A stretch of DNA of 64,000 nt from Mobula hypostoma (Eukaryota). The stretch lies in contig NC_086097.1 in NCBI RefSeq assembly GCF_963921235.1, positions 172,238,001 to 172,302,000 of the forward strand. Direction: 5' to 3'. A program made the position numbers and the translations under genes. This document shows, one piece after another, positions 46,980-61,067 of the stretch. Numbering within the stretch: the first letter of the stretch is position 1; every line of letters starts with the position of its first letter. Under the pieces are notes generated by a model. The model was not told where the DNA came from. It saw only the letters and a program-made list of their open reading frames with translations, and searched no databases.

Positions 46980-48437
46980 ATAAGACCTAAGATACAGGAG
47001 AAGAATTAGGCCATTTGGCTCACCACATCTGCTCCGCCATTTCATCATGGCTGATCCAATTTTCTTCCAAGCCCTAATCTCCTGTCTTCTCCACATATCC
47101 CTTCATGCCCTGACTAATCAAGAATCTATCAATCTCTGCCTTATATGTACATAAAGATTTGGCCTCCACAGCTACCTATGGCAAAAAATTCCATAGATTC
47201 ACTACTAAAGAAATTCTTCCTCATCTCCGTTCTAAAAGAACACCCTCCTATTCTGGGCTGTGCCCTCTGGTCTTAGACTCCCCCACCATAAGAAACATTC
47301 TCTCCACATCCACTCTATCAAGGTCTTTCGCCATTTGATAGGTTTCAATGAGGTCACCCCTTATTCTTCCGATATCCGGCGAATACAGGCCAGGAGTCAT
47401 TAATGTGACAGGAATACACATAGATTAAGATGTTAGCTGTCCTGTGGAATAAGCAGTTGGTCTGTCACCTGTCTTCAGGAGAGAGAGAGATAAGGAAAAC
47501 AATGGAGCAGCCTTTGGAGATGTGTAATGAAGGGACAGGAGAGAGAGCTGTCTAGAGCGGCTCCCCCTTTGAATCCTGAACTGTTTGAAGTGATGGACAG
47601 GCGATACCCCAGCAGGGGGATAAAAAGGGACAGGTTCGCTAAGGCAGGACACACACGACACCCGAGGTAACAAGACCCTGGAAGCGGTGCGTCTCTCACA
47701 AGTCGGTGGGAAGTATCAGGCCATAAACACACAGGGTGGAAAGGTACAATTGGCGGGAACCTGGTGTGTCTCCACCCTTGCCTGGGTGCCAGGTTCAGCG
47801 CAGGGAAACGATCATGTCTGGAAATGGAGGGGTCACGGTCGGTGACCTCAGATGACATCACAAAGGACTCGCCCGAAAGCTGACTGCGGAGGTCTGTGTG
47901 TGGAAGCCTTGAATATTCATTCGTTTTTTTGCTCTCTCTCCTCCCCCCCCACCACTGTCCATCGCCACGGCAGCGATTACTGCGAACTGAACTGAACTTT
48001 GCATTACTTTGAAACTGGTTATTTACCCCTAGACAACGATAGAGCTTGATTAATCCTGTTATCTTAATTCTGTGTACATGTGTGTTTATCATTGCTGAAC
48101 TGTTGCATTCATTATCCTTTTGATTAGAGTACTGTGTTGCTTGTTTCTTTAATAAAACTTTCTTAGTTCTAGTAATCCAGACTCCAACTGAGTGATCTAT
48201 TTCTGCTGGTTTGGCAACCCAGTTACGGGGTACGTAACATTAAACACTTTTTGTATGACAAGCCATTCAATCCTGGACTCATTTTAGTGAACCTCCTTTG
48301 AACCATCTCCAGTTTCAGCACACCCTTTCTCAGATATGGGGCCCAAAACTGCTCACAATACTCCATGTGAGGCCTCAGCAGTGCTTTATGAATTCTCAAC
48401 ATTGCATCCTTGCTTTTATATTTTAGTACTCTTGAAA
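46980..48437 (-). mobile_element. CR1 3' fragment interrupted by a solo LTR
   Basis: RPHMEYCEQFWAP; gagtcat|taaacac is colinear across the LTR. Confidence 0.88.
47404..48239 (+). mobile_element. Solo LTR (836 bp, Gypsy/ERV-like)
   Basis: TGTGAC...GTAACA termini; 4-bp TSD ttaa (47400-47403 / 48240-48243); AATAAA at 48151; many CpGs retained. Confidence 0.9.
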
Positions 48438-48711
48438 TGGATGGTTTCAAGAGGACTAGAATATCATTGGTTTATTTCTGTCACATGTATTGAGGTACAA
48501 AGAAAAACTTGCCTTACAAAACATCCATAAGGAACATTGTGCTACAACAGTGTATTGAGGTTGTGCAAGGGAAATTAATAAGAGGATGCAGATAAATGTG
48601 TTACGTTTACAGAGGAAGTACAGTGCAGGAAGACAATAAGGTGCAAGGTCATAACCATCTTACCATGCTAGGTGACTATTCAATAGCTTTATAACAGTGT
48701 GATAGAAGCTG

Positions 48712-49153
48712 TGTAATGAGATCTTCAGGCAAACAAACGCAGGTGTGGAGAAAACTTGAGACTCAGTAGAAAGTAACAATGAAGATTTATTCAAAGAACA
48801 TAACAGAGAAACAACAAATAAGTCAGAGAGTACTTATTTGAGAGGGCTAGAGTACAGAACGCTAGTTCACCCAGAACCCAAATTCAGAACTCAGTGATGA
48901 ATGCTATTCGGGACACAATTAAATAGTGCATATAGCACAGGAACCTCATGCGTATTAATATCAAAACTCCGTAAACAAGATGCATGAGGAAATGGCATTC
49001 AAAAAAAAGAACAAAAAACACAAGGAAAACTTAATGACTAAACCAGTCACTTAACAAGTTCTAGTTAAAACAAACCATTGATGTTCAGGTGCGTCAGTGG
49101 GCTGAGATCTGATGGTCTCTGACATCCCATGCTAGTCCAAAGAGTTTGTGATA
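48712..49153 (-). mobile_element. Old solo LTR-like element (442 bp) inside a Rex-type 3' remnant
   Basis: TGTAA...TGATA ends; imperfect 5-bp TSD agctg/ggctg; the host gatagaagctg|tccttcagcc is restored when it is removed; minus-strand AATAAA at about 48788. Confidence 0.65.
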
Positions 49154-50514
49154 GGCTGTCCTTCAGCCTGGCAGTACCTATTTTCAAGTTTTAGTATCTT
49201 CTGTCCAATGGAGGAGAGAATTTCCAGGGTGGTTGGGGTCTTTAATTATAAGTTCATCGATGGGGGGTTGGTTTGTATGACGTACTGAGCTGCATGCACA
49301 ATTTTCTGCAGTTTCTTGTGGTCACAGACAGGGCAGTTGCCATTCGAAGCCGTGATGCATCTGAATAAGATGCTTTCTATGGTACATCAAAAGAAGTTGT
49401 TGATTTTCTATTAGGATATGGGTAATGCTAAATTTCCTTAACCTCAAGAGAAAGTTAGCCTTGGTCAAGATAGCGTGCTGCAATAGTCTTCAAGGTCGTG
49501 GCTCAGATTTAATTGTTTTTTAGGATGCAGAGAGGATTTTTGGGGACAGTGCAGGGCGTTGGGTATCAGGTTCCAGTTTAGGGATAGAGGTAAAGGAGAG
49601 TTCAAAGTTAGGAAGTAAATGAAAAGTCAGGGGCAAGAGCTGGTACTCCGAGTCTAGGTCAGAGTTCTCTGAGGTTAAAAGTCCGCCATCCTGCAATTTG
49701 GATTGACAGTTGATGAGGAGTCCAGCCATCCACAGTTTGGTGAATCTCGGGTTGAACGTTCACACAGGAGGGAGTCATGAGGACTGGAGAAATTTTAGGT
49801 CTCCTGGTCGGAGGTCCATGCGAGTCCAAAAGTTGTGGCTGAAGGTCAAACCTACAATTGGTGAGACCTGGGGGTCAAGACAAATAGGTCAAAGTCCAGT
49901 GATCGGCAAGTCCTGAAGTGAAGTGAACCCAGTGGTTGGCGAAGTCTAGAGGGCAAAGCTAAAGGTTGAAGTCCAGAGGTCAGCGAATCCAGAGGTAGAA
50001 GTCTGAAAATCGGTCCTAGTGTCCTGAGAGGCCCAAAGGTTGAATCTTTGAGCTGGCATGCTTAACAGTCAGTAGCCTGATGTCTGTGTGTTCAGGCCAG
50101 GGAGTGGAGATTGGAGATCAATGTCTGTGAACCTGAGAGTCCAGCACCAAGGACTGGAGGCCCAGAGCGGCCTGCCCTTTGGCTGGAGACTGGTATATGT
50201 GAGTGGGTGGGTGAGTCAGAGGGTGGGAAAGGGGCTTGTTTTGCTGTTGTTATTTTGTTTTGATATGTTGTTGTTGTTCACATTGTTCTGCTGAACATTG
50301 TGGGCACGCTATGTTGGTGCTGTAATGTGTGGCGGGACTTCTTGTAGCACATCCTTGAGTATGTTGATTATTAACAAAAATGACATATTTCACTGCATAT
50401 TTTAATGTACATGTGACAAATAAAACTGAATCTGAATCTAGAGGTGTTGATGAGCTTTCTTGGCCAGAACATCTATGTGATTGGACAGGCTATTGAAAAT
50501 GTTCAGTCCTCTTC

Positions 50515-52325
50515 ATAAGACCATAAGACATAGGAGCAGAATTCAGCCATTTGGCCCATCGATTCTGCTCCACCATTCCATCATGGTCCCAATCAACCCC
50601 AATCTCCTGCCTTCTCCCAGTAACCTTTCACACACTGACGAATTAAGAACTTATTAACCTCCATCTTAAGTATATCCAATGACTTGGCCTGTACAGCCAT
50701 CTGTGGCAATTAATTCCACAGATTCACCACCCACTGGCGAAATAATATTTTCCTTATCTCTGTTCTAATTGGATATCCCTTTATTCTGAGATTGTCCCCT
50801 TTGGTCCTAGACTTCCCCCTATAGGAAACATTCTCTCCACATCCAGTTTAGGCCTTTCAATATTTGATAGGTTTCAATGAGATCTCCCCGCCCCCCCCAT
50901 TCTTCTAAATTCCAGTAAGTACAGGCACAAAGCCATCAAACACTCCTCATATGTTACCCCTTTCATTCCTGGGATCATTCTCGTGAACCTCCTCTGGACC
51001 CTCTCTAATGCCAGTACATCTTTTATTTGATAGGGGGCCAAAACTGCTCAAAAATACTCCAAGTGCAGTCTGACCAGTGCCTGATAAAGAGTCAGCATCA
51101 CATCCTTGTTTTTGTATTCTAATCCTCTCAAAACAAATGCTAACATTGTATTTTCCTTCCCTACCACCAAGTCGACCTGCAAGTTAGCCTTTAGGGAATC
51201 CTGCGCAAGGACTCCCGAGTCACTCTGCATCTCTGATTTTTGAACTTTCTCTCCACTTACAAATTCCTTCTGCCAAAGTGCATGACCAAGTACTGCCCTA
51301 CTTTATAGTCCATCTGCCCCTTCTTTGCCCATTCTCCCAATCTGTGTAAGTCCTTCTTCAGACACCCTGCTTTCTCAGCACTAACTTCCCTTCCACCTAT
51401 CTTTGTATTGTTCATAAACATGGCTACAAAGCTATCAATACCTTCAGCCAAATCATTGAAATACAATGTGAAAATGCCACACATTTTAATTCCACATCCC
51501 ATTCCCATTCTGATATGTCTATCCACGGCCTCCTCTACTGTAAAGATGAAGCCACACTCAGGTTGGAGGAACAACACCTTATATTCCATCTGGGTAGCCT
51601 CCAACCTGATGGCATGAACATTGACTTCTCAAACTTCCGCTAATGCCCCACCTCCCCCTCATACCCCATCTGTTATTTATTTATATACACACATTCTTTC
51701 TCTCTCTCCTTTTTCTCCCTCTGTCCTTATGACTATACCCCTTGCCCATCCTCTGGGTTTTCCCCGGCTCCCCCTTTTCCTTCTCCCTCGGCCTCCTGTC
51801 CCATGATCCTCTCATATCCCTTTTGCCAATCAAATGTCCAGCTCTTGGCTCCATCCCTCCCCCTCCTGTCTTCTCCTATCATTTTGGATCTCCCCCTCCC
51901 CCTCCCACTTTCAAACCTCTTGCTAGCTCTTCCTTCAGTTAGTCCTGACGAAGAGTCTCGGCCCGAAACGTCAACTGTACCTCTTCCTAGAGATGCTGCC
52001 TGGCCTGCTGCATTCACCAGCAACTTTGATGTGTGTTGCTTGAATTTCCAGCATCTGCAGAATTCCTCATGTATGTAAAAAAAAATGCTGTCCCAACACC
52101 AACCTCTGCAGCACACCACCACTCACTGGCAGCCAACCAGATAGGGCCCCTGTTTTCCCCACACTTTGCTTCCTACCAGTCAATCAATCTTCTATCCATT
52201 CTAGTTCCTTTCTCGTAATAAAATGGACTCTTATTTTGTTAAGCAGCTTCATGTATAGCACCTTTTCACAGGTTTTCTGAAAATCCAAATAAACAACATT
52301 CACTGACTCTCTTTTGTCTATCCTG
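50515..52325 (-). mobile_element. CR1 fragment interrupted by a Penelope arm
   Basis: LYQALVRLHLEY, NDLAEGIDSFVAMF..TKIGG; cataagac tail. Confidence 0.88.
51477..52067 (+). mobile_element. Penelope subfamily A solo 3' arm with a hammerhead motif at 51941-51976
   Basis: Near-identical to 38447-39045; agtcctgacgaagagtctcggcccgaaacgtcaact; TSD unclear. Confidence 0.93.
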
Positions 52326-53945
52326 TAAGACCATAAGATATAGGAGCAGAATTAGGCCATTTGGCCCATCAAGTCTGCTCTGCTATTTCTCATTGGCTGA
52401 TGTATTTTGCTCCCAACCTCAGTCTCCTGCCTTCTACCCAGATCCCTTCATACTCTGACCAATCAAGAATTTATCAACCTAAAAAATTTTGTCTCCACAG
52501 CTGCCTATAGCATCAAATTCCACAGATTCACCACACTCTGGCTAAAGAAATTCCCCCTCATCTCCATTCTCAAAGGACACCCCTCTATTCTGAGGGTTGT
52601 GTCCTCTGGTCTTATACTCTCCCACCATAGGAAACATCCTCTCCACATCCACCCTATCAAGGCTTTTCACCATTCGATAGGTTTCATTGAGGTCACCCAT
52701 CATTCTTTTGAATTCTAATGAATACAGGCCCAAACCCATCAAATCTCTTCATATGACAAGCCATTCAATCCTGGTATCATTCTTTTGAACCTCCTTTGAC
52801 CCCTCTCCAATTTCTGCACATCCTTTCTATGATAAGGGGCCCAAAACTGCTCACAATACTCCAAGTGAGGCATCACCAGTGCTTTATAAAGTCTCAACAT
52901 TTCCTCCTTGCTTTTATTTTCCAGTCCTCTTGAAATTAATGCTAACATCACATTTGCCTCCCTCACCACAGACTCAACCAGCAAATGAACCTTTAGGGAA
53001 TCCTGCACAAGCACTTCATATCCCTTTGTGCATCAATTTTTTGAATTTTCTCTCCATTAGAAAATAGTCAACCCTTTCATTTCTTCTACCGAAGTGCATG
53101 CCCATACACTTCCTGACATTGTATTCCATCTGCCACATCTTTGCCCAGTCTCTTAATCTATCTAAGTCCTTTTAACCTCTCTACTTCCTCAAAGCTACCT
53201 GCCCCTTCACCTATCTTTGTATGGTCTGCAAACTATGTAACGAAGCTATCAATTCCCTCATCCAAATCATTAACATATAACGTAAGAAGAAACAGTCCCA
53301 ACACAGACCCCTCTGGGACTAGTCACGGGTGGCCAACCAGAAAAGGTTTATTCCCTCTTTTTGCCTCCTGCCAGTCAGCCACTGCTTTATCCTGCCTGTT
53401 ATTTCCTCAAAGAATTCTAACAGATTTGTCAGGAAAGACTTTGGCCTGTTTGATCATGTGTCTCCAAGTACTCTGAAACCTCATCCTTAATAATAGACTC
53501 CAACATCTTCCCCACCACTCAAATCAGGATAACTGGCCAATTATTAGCTTTCTGCTGTCTTCCTCCCTTCCAAAAGTGTGGAGTGACATTCGCAATTTTC
53601 CAATCCTCAGGAACCATTCCAGAACCTCGTGATTCTTGAAAGATCAGTACTATTGTCTCCAGAATCTGTTCAGCTACCTCTTTCAGGATCCCGGGTGTAG
53701 TCCATATGATCTAAGTGACTTATCTACCTTCAGACTTTTCAGCTTCCCTACCTTCTCCTTAGTAATAGTAAAAACATTTACTCCACCGCCCCCCCCCCCG
53801 ATCCTCTTGCATTTCTGGCATTCTGCTAGTGAAGACTGATGCAAAATACCTATTAAGTTTGTCTGCCATTTTATTGTCCCCCATTATTATCTCTCCAAAG
53901 TCATTTTGCAGCAGTCTATTATCCACTCCAGATTCTCTTTTTATG
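52326..53945 (-). mobile_element. CR1 LINE, degenerate RT to 3' end
   Basis: LYKALVMPHLEYCEQFWAP; taagacca tail. Confidence 0.88.
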
Positions 53946-54231
53946 TATGAAGAATGTTTTTTTATGTTTATATTTAGATATAGGATCCTTTAATATCAGA
54001 GAATGGGTACATACGGTATACAACCTGAAATTCGTACTCTTCACAGACATCCATGGAACAAGAGACCCCATTGAATGAATGATTGTACATCGAAGCCCAG
54101 AAACCCCACCCCTTCCCCAACCTTCGTAGAAGCAGCAACAAAAGACTCAAACCTCCCTCCCCCGACTCACGCCAGCAAAAGCACAACATCCCTCCCGCCA
54201 GCACCCCCCCCGCCCCCACTGTACAAGCAAC

Positions 54232-54575
54232 AGAACGGATATGGAGAGGATGTTTCCTATGGTAGGGGAGTCTAAGACTAAAGAATACAGCCTCAGAATA
54301 GAGGGACATCCATTTAGAAAAGAGATGAGGGGGAATTTCTTTAGCCAGAGTGGTGATTCTGTGGAATTTGTTACCATAGACAGCTGTGGAGGCCAAGTCA
54401 TTGGGTATATTTAAAGCAGAGGTTGATAGGTTCTTGATTAGTCAGAGCATGAAGGGATAGTGGAAAGGGCATGAGATTGGGGCTGAGAGGGATATGGATT
54501 AGCCATGATGAAATGGCAGCGCAGACTAGATGAGCCAAATGGCCTAATTCTGCTCCTCTATCTTATGGTTGTATG
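54232..54575 (+). mobile_element. CR1 3' fragment
   Basis: DMERMFPMVGESKT...SLRIEGHPFRKEMRGNFF. Confidence 0.85.
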
Positions 54576-54584
54576 GATACTCAT

Positions 54585-55645
54585 TCAGCCACGTTACCTT
54601 GTTTTTCATCTGTACTGGGATGATAGTGGTCTTTTTAATACAGATTGAAAATGTCTGCAAACACCAGTGCCAGCTTATCTGCACAGGATCGAAGGACGTG
54701 GCTAAGATCACCATCTGGACTCGATGATCTCCATGGGTTCAGCACTCTGGAAGACTGATCCGATGTTCTCAAGGTTGACTGTGGGTTCAGGAACACTGGA
54801 AATTGTCAGGGTGGTTGCTGACAGACCAGTTCCCCTCTATTCAAAACACACTTAGAATATGTTTAGCTCTATCAGGAAGGGATGTATTGTGGTTGGCAAT
54901 ACTGATGACTTTATTTAGTCTGCTGTAGCATGTGAATCCTGCCACAACTGACAGCTGGTCTGGAACTCAGTTTTGAACATGTAGTCTCTGGGATATCTGA
55001 AAGCTTTATGAGGTCATATCTCAGTTTCTTGTATAGGTCAGGATCACTGAAATCCCAGACATCAACAGGGAGTTGATCTGCTGGTTTATCCTTAGTTTCT
55101 GGTCTGGGAACATCTGGCTTGTCTTCTTTGGTACACATTCCTCAACACAATTCTGATAAAATCTGTAGTAGTGGTGACATACTCATCAAAGTTGGCTGCT
55201 AAGCCTTTGAACAAGGACCACTCTACCAACTCAACACAATTGCACAGAAGCTCATCTGTTTTCTCAGACCTGCACTGTATAACTTTCTGTGTTTGATCCT
55301 CATGTTTCATTTTCTGTTTGTATTTAGGGAGAAGGAACACAGTCTGATTTACAAACTGTGGATGGGGTGGGAGAGTGGCTCAGTAAGCATCTTTAGTAGA
55401 TGTGTAGCAATGGACCGCCGGTGGACAGGAAGCTCACTGGCAATGTTGTGGTAACACAGTCTTGAAGCTGGCCTGGTTGAAGTCAAGGCTGTTGACCACA
55501 GAGTAAATTTCATCAAGTGCATGCTTCATGTCCTCACAGAGTCAGATGTAGATGGCCATCAAGATAGCTGAAGTGAACTCTTGTGGCAGATAGTATGGGT
55601 AGCACTTCACCATTTGATATTCCAAGTCAGATGAGAAGGAACTAC
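54585..55645 (-). mobile_element. Rex1/Babar internal remnant (APE endonuclease to RT start)
   Basis: Minus strand VKCYPYYLPQEFTSAILMAIYI; FLLPKYKQKMK. Confidence 0.7.
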
Positions 55646-55689
55646 CAGGAAAAAATACATTTCAATAAATATACCCCGAGTCCCAGTAA

Positions 55690-56480
55690 AGAGTGGACAT
55701 TGAGAGGATATTTCCCATTAGTTGTAAAGTCTGTGATCAAGGGCACAGCCTCAGAATAAAGGATGAACCGTTAGAACTGAAATGAGGAGTAATTTCTTCA
55801 GCCATACAGTGGTGAATCTGTAGCAAATTTTTTTTTGCAACAGAGAGCTATGGAAGACAAGACACTGAGTGTTATTTAAGACATAGATTGATAGGTTATT
55901 GATTGGTGGAGGGAGAGGGTTATGTATGGACTACAGGGGGAAGACAGGAACACAAAATAATCTGCAGATGCTGGGGTCAAAGCAACACTCACAACAAGCT
56001 GGAGGAACTCAGCAGGTCAGGCAGCATCCGTGGAAAAGATCGGTCGACGTTTCAGGCCGGAACCCTTCGTCAGGACTGTAGGGGGAAGGGACAGAGGCCC
56101 TATAAAGAAGGTGGGGGGAGGGTGGGAAGGAGAAGGCTGGTAGGCTCCAGGTGAAAAACCAGTAAGGGAAAAGATAAAGGGGTGGGGGAAGGGAGGCAGG
56201 GAGGTGATATGCAGGAAAGGTGAAGAAGGAATAGGGGAAAACACAATGGATAGTAGAAGGAGGCAGAACCAAGAGGAAGGTGGTAGGCAGCTGTGGGAGG
56301 GGGCAGAGTGACATAGGGATAGGGGAAGGGAGGGGGAGAGAATTACCAGAAGTTGGAGAATTCTACGTTCATACATAGAAGACAGGAGATTGGTGCTGAG
56401 AAAGAAAAAGTCAGCCATGATTGAATGGCACACAAAACTCGATGGGCCAAATGGACTAATTCTGCCCCTGTATCTTACAG
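55690..56480 (+). mobile_element. CR1 3' fragment interrupted by a Penelope pLTR
   Basis: RVDIERIFP...gaaatgaggagtaatttcttcagcc; the 3' UTR resumes at 56378. Confidence 0.8.
55950..56377 (-). mobile_element. Penelope subfamily B solo pLTR with a hammerhead motif at 56043-56077 (-)
   Basis: Near-identical to 21488-21897; 10-bp TSD gaagacagga at 55940-55949 / 56378-56387; minus strand GUC-CUGACGA-AGGGUUCCGGCCU-GAAACGUC-GAC. Confidence 0.93.
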
Positions 56481-57069
56481 TTTAAAGCACTAATAAATAA
56501 CTAAAATCATGAAAGTAAAGCAAGTAGGAGTAAAATTATTTGAGCACTCACCATTTTCCACAGGGTCAGTGACTTCATTCTAATTAATTAAGATGTCCTC
56601 TCCATTCTAGCCAGGAGCAGTGAGCTGACATTTTCCACTGACACTCTCTGCACTCTTAAAGCATTAGGAATTTGGTTGCATCCTGGAGCATTCACAGACA
56701 AAGTGTTGCAATGCTTTCCATTCCTTGTGTTGGAGTCTACTGAGATAAAAATTTAAACCCATCATGTCTTCACTGTGCCCAAATTCAACGTGACCCAAAT
56801 CCAAATTGCGATTCTTTCTCCCTAAACTAAACCAAACCTGAGGTGATGTGGAAAAGTGGGCAATGGCTAGGTGCAGTGCAGGGAGTATATTTAGTCATCC
56901 TAAGGTCCAGCCCCAGCCAGAATCTTAATGTTTTCAAACACAAACATCTAATCAGGAATTGGGTTGGATGGTGAGGATTATGACCCCCAACAGATCTTGG
57001 TTGATGTTGTAATACTGGTTCTATCACTTTTCGTTCTGGTGATCCTAGTTCAATCTTGACCACAGATTA

Positions 57070-57260
57070 TGTAGGTGTGTGGAGTTTGCACGTTCTTCCT
57101 TTGACCGGATACTTTTCCTTTGGGAACTCTGGTTTCCCCTGCATCTTGAAATATGTTGTGTTGTAGCTTAACTGGCTGCTGTAAATTGCTCCTGGTGAGT
57201 GCAGAATCCAGTGGCAGGGAAGCTGGTGGGAATGTGGAGACAATAAAATCAGTTCCAACA
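57070..57260 (+). mobile_element. V-SINE remnant
   Basis: tgtgtggagtttgcacgttctt...actctggtttccc...tgtaaattgctcc. Confidence 0.7.
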
Positions 57261-58179
57261 GGATTAGCATGACATACTTCTTACAATATCTGTATAGATT
57301 CAACGGGCCGAAGGGCCTTCTTCTATGCTATATCTCTCGGTGATCTTTATTTTAGGTTTCAAGTAGCTGAAGTTTTTTTTAATGTTCTGTTTAAATTCAT
57401 GCCCATCTGCAAAAATAGAAATGTAGACAATTTTATAAACATCTATAAAGGTGTCCCGTAGTCTCCTTCATTCTGAGAAGACAGTCACAGCCTATCCAAA
57501 CTCTCCTTATAACTCAAATCCTCCATTCACAACAGCATTCTTGTGAATCTTTTCTGCGTCCTCTTAGTTTAGTCACATCATTCCTGTACCAAGGAGACGG
57601 AAACTGCACACAATACTCTCTTTTCACTGATTTAGAAGACTGGAACAAGAAATCAGATTCTAGAATTTTAATCCCAGTCTTCCAGAGGAGAAATTAGGAA
57701 AAATTTAACATAGGGAGATCAACTATTAATTGTAAATATCTGAATGGTTTTGTTATTCAGAGGTAAGAAAGGAAATGGGGGAAAACAAGATACTTGCATT
57801 TGGATCATAAACATAGAGTTATAGGGTCATAGAATTGTATAGCACAGAAACAGGCCCCTTCGGGTCATTATGTGCATGCTGACCATTTTGTCCATTTACA
57901 TAAATTCCCTATGCCTACATGACAACCATCTGTGATTCCATTAACCAGTGTGACAGCTTCAAGGGTCTGAATGTTTTTTTAAAATTTTGGACACTTCAGT
58001 TACAGTAGTTCTACACAGGAATACCTGACAATTGCCTTGGGAATGGCACATGAAAAGCTGCCACTCTCCAATCCCATTGTGCTCCTTTTAAAAAAATTGT
58101 TTCAGATTTATGAACAGTCTATGAATACCATTTCACTATTCCCATTTTGAACTATTTATTTATTTATCTGTTGTAACTT

Positions 58180-58716
58180 CCTTTCTTTTTCAATCTTTTT
58201 ATTAGTTTCATAAAATATAAACATAACATAGCAATAATACAAATTGTTGGAAATACATTGTTATACTTAAAATGGGTAATTATAAAACCAAATAGTATAA
58301 ATGGACAAAACTTCCAATCGTGTAGGATAACAATGAATAATACAGGACAAAAAAAAAACTGGAGAAAAATCATGAAAAAGAAAAAAAATAGAAAAGAAAA
58401 CAAACCCCACCCCCCAAAAAAAACTAAACTAAACAGAATTAGTCAACTAAACTAAAAAGACTTGGGCAATTCAAACAACGTAAAAATGGAAGAGAAGAAA
58501 ACCTTAGTGTCGACAACTCCATTCCCCTCAACCAACAGTACAGAGAAGTAAAATAAGTTTGGAAATGGTCAAATTGCATCATATGAAAATGCTGAATAAA
58601 TGGCCTCCAAGTTTTTCCAAATTTAATGGAAGGGTCATAAACCACACTTCTAATTTTTTTCCAAATTCAAACACAACATAGTTTGTGAAAACCAGTGAAA
58701 TACAGTAGGAGAGTTA
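58180..58716 (-). mobile_element. L1-clade LINE 3' fragment
   Basis: Minus strand SPTVFHWFSQTMLCLNLEK...KFGKTWRPFIQHF; AATAAA plus A-rich tail; 14-bp TSD atctgttgtaactt at 58166-58179 / 58717-58730. Confidence 0.85.
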
Positions 58717-59384
58717 ATCTGTTGTAACTTGTAGAAATATTTATGTCCTGTACTGTACTGCTGCAACGATACAACATATTTCACAACATATCAATGATAA
58801 TAAACCTAATTCTTGTCCTGATCTGAAGACATGACAGAGGTGCCATCAGGAGTGATGTCTGATCCTGTGACCACCTGGAGTGGTGCCTCAGCATTTTCTT
58901 GTCATGGCTCTGTGTTGAAAGTCTTGACCTTTTCCTTTTCTCTATCTGCTTTCTGTTTTTTTTAAGCAGTAGACAAAATCTTTGACAAATCATTGTCAAT
59001 TCAACAAACGTGACGTCTGGATCTTCCATTATTGCAAAGGTCATTACATTTACATTGATACAAGCAAAATCTCTGTCCATCAAAGTCAGTGATGAATGGG
59101 AATTCTTTTAAGGAAGTATTGCCAAAAAGAAATGCCTGCACACGGCGAATAACCCTAGACATCTTTCCTATCCCAGTACCTGTCCAAACAACTGTTACAT
59201 ACTGTAATTGCAAATGTAATTGTCCCGGCAGCTCATCCCAAATTTCCGTCACCCTCTATGTGAGGTACTCAGGTCTCCTTTAAATTTCTGCTCTCTCACC
59301 TTAAACCTGTGTCATTTGGTTCGAGACTCTACTTCCTGGGCAAAAGATTCTGATTACCTATACTTTCTATGCCCCTCACAATTT

Positions 59385-59795
59385 TATAAGAACATAATAA
59401 ATAGGAGCAATAATAGACCATCTTGTCAGTCAAGCCTGCTTCACCATTCAATAAGATCATGGCTGATCTGACTTTGGACTCAGCTCCACCAGCCTTCCTT
59501 TTCCCCGTAACCTTTAACTCCCCTGCTATGCAAACATATTTCTGCGTCTTAAATATATTTAATGAGGTGGCCTCTATTGCTTCCCTAAGCAGAGAATTCC
59601 ACAGATGCAACACTCTCTGGGAAAAGCAGTTTCTCCACAGCTCCATCCTAAATATATTCCCCAAATTTTGAGGCTATGTCCCATAGTTCTAGTCTCACTT
59701 CCTAATGGAAATAAATGAGTTTTCTGCCTCTATCTCATCTATCCCATCCATAATTTTTTTATGTTTCTATAAGATTCCCTCTGATTCTTCTGAAT
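59385..59795 (-). mobile_element. CR1 3' fragment
   Basis: FRMELWRNCFSQRVLHLWNSL; taagaaca tail. Confidence 0.85.
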
Positions 59796-61067
59796 AAAGC
59801 TCTTTAAGGTCACAGCTCAGCTTCCTAGGTTCCAATGAGAGGAATCACAGCCTGTCCAATCTCTCGTTATAACTGCAGCTCTCCATTCTATGAAACATTA
59901 TGGCACCCTCTTCTGCAATCTCTCTACTGCCTCCATATCCGTCCTGTAATGTGTAGTGTGCCAACCACAGCTCCAAGTGTAATCTGACCAGTGTTTTACA
60001 CAGCTGCAACATAAGTTGCCAAATGACATTTTGTTCAGATGCATTGATATATCCAAACTGTTATCCTCTTGTCTGATAAGATAGACTCTTAACTTCACAA
60101 TCTAACTCATTGCACTTTATGTTTACCTGTACTGCACTTCCTCTGTAGCTGTTACACTTTGTTCTGCATTGTTATTACTTACCTTGTGCTGCCTCAAACT
60201 ACTGTTATGATTTCATCTGTATGAACAGTATGAATGTTGGGCTTTTCCAGTGATGTCCACACCACCAAATAAAAACAAATAAATAAGCAGAAGTTACTTC
60301 TATTGGCAAAAAAAGCCTGAAATGACCCAAGATTAATTTTTACGTGATGAGTTTTCATGTTTGTGAATATACTGTGCATATGGATGTTGAAAGCCAGTTC
60401 AAAGGAAAGTCTCAAAAGAGAATTAGATGAATAGTTAAAAGTATGCTTGACACAAAACACTTTAATGAAGTATGCAGATCAGTGTAATGCTGGACTTGTT
60501 CAGACTCAGAAAATCACTCTGGCACAACATATCAAGTTGATGCAGGGTCCAGATTGTGAGAATTCACAGGAACTGCAAGAGAAACATGGATATGGAAGAT
60601 ATATAGATTCAAGATTGTTGAATGTCATTTGCAGTACACTACAGTAAAGGAGAACAAAATATTTTTTACTACAGATCCAATGCAGCACAAAAAAACACAA
60701 TAAGATAAAGAACACGATTATTCTAAAAATGCACAGTAAATACAGTATAACTACATAAGATAGCTTATATACATTGATCACATGCCCATAAAGTGATCCT
60801 AGACACAGAAGTGTCAGTACATTTGGTGACTGTCAGGAAATGGTAAAGTAGTGGTGGTGCAGGAGACGAGAGGGGGGTAGGTTATTGGGTGATGGCATTG
60901 ATCAGCCTTATTATTTAGGAAAAGTATCTGTTTTTGAGTCTGGGGTAGTCCTCGCATGGATGCTATGTAGCCTCCTCCATGATGGGAGTGGGACTAACAG
61001 TCTATAAGCAGGGTGGGTGGAATCCTTTATGATGTTACTGATCCTTTTCCCGCATATTGCTATATGT

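Noticed and set aside
47475..48092. 205-aa minus-strand ORF
   Set aside because: Lies antisense within a solo LTR; no gag, pol or env motifs
49440..50440. G-rich block with gaagtcc/gaggtc subrepeats
   Set aside because: Ends in a LINE-type tgtgacaaataaa(tgaatc)n tail and interrupts a Rex remnant, so it is probably a SINE-like repeat; I cannot classify it reliably
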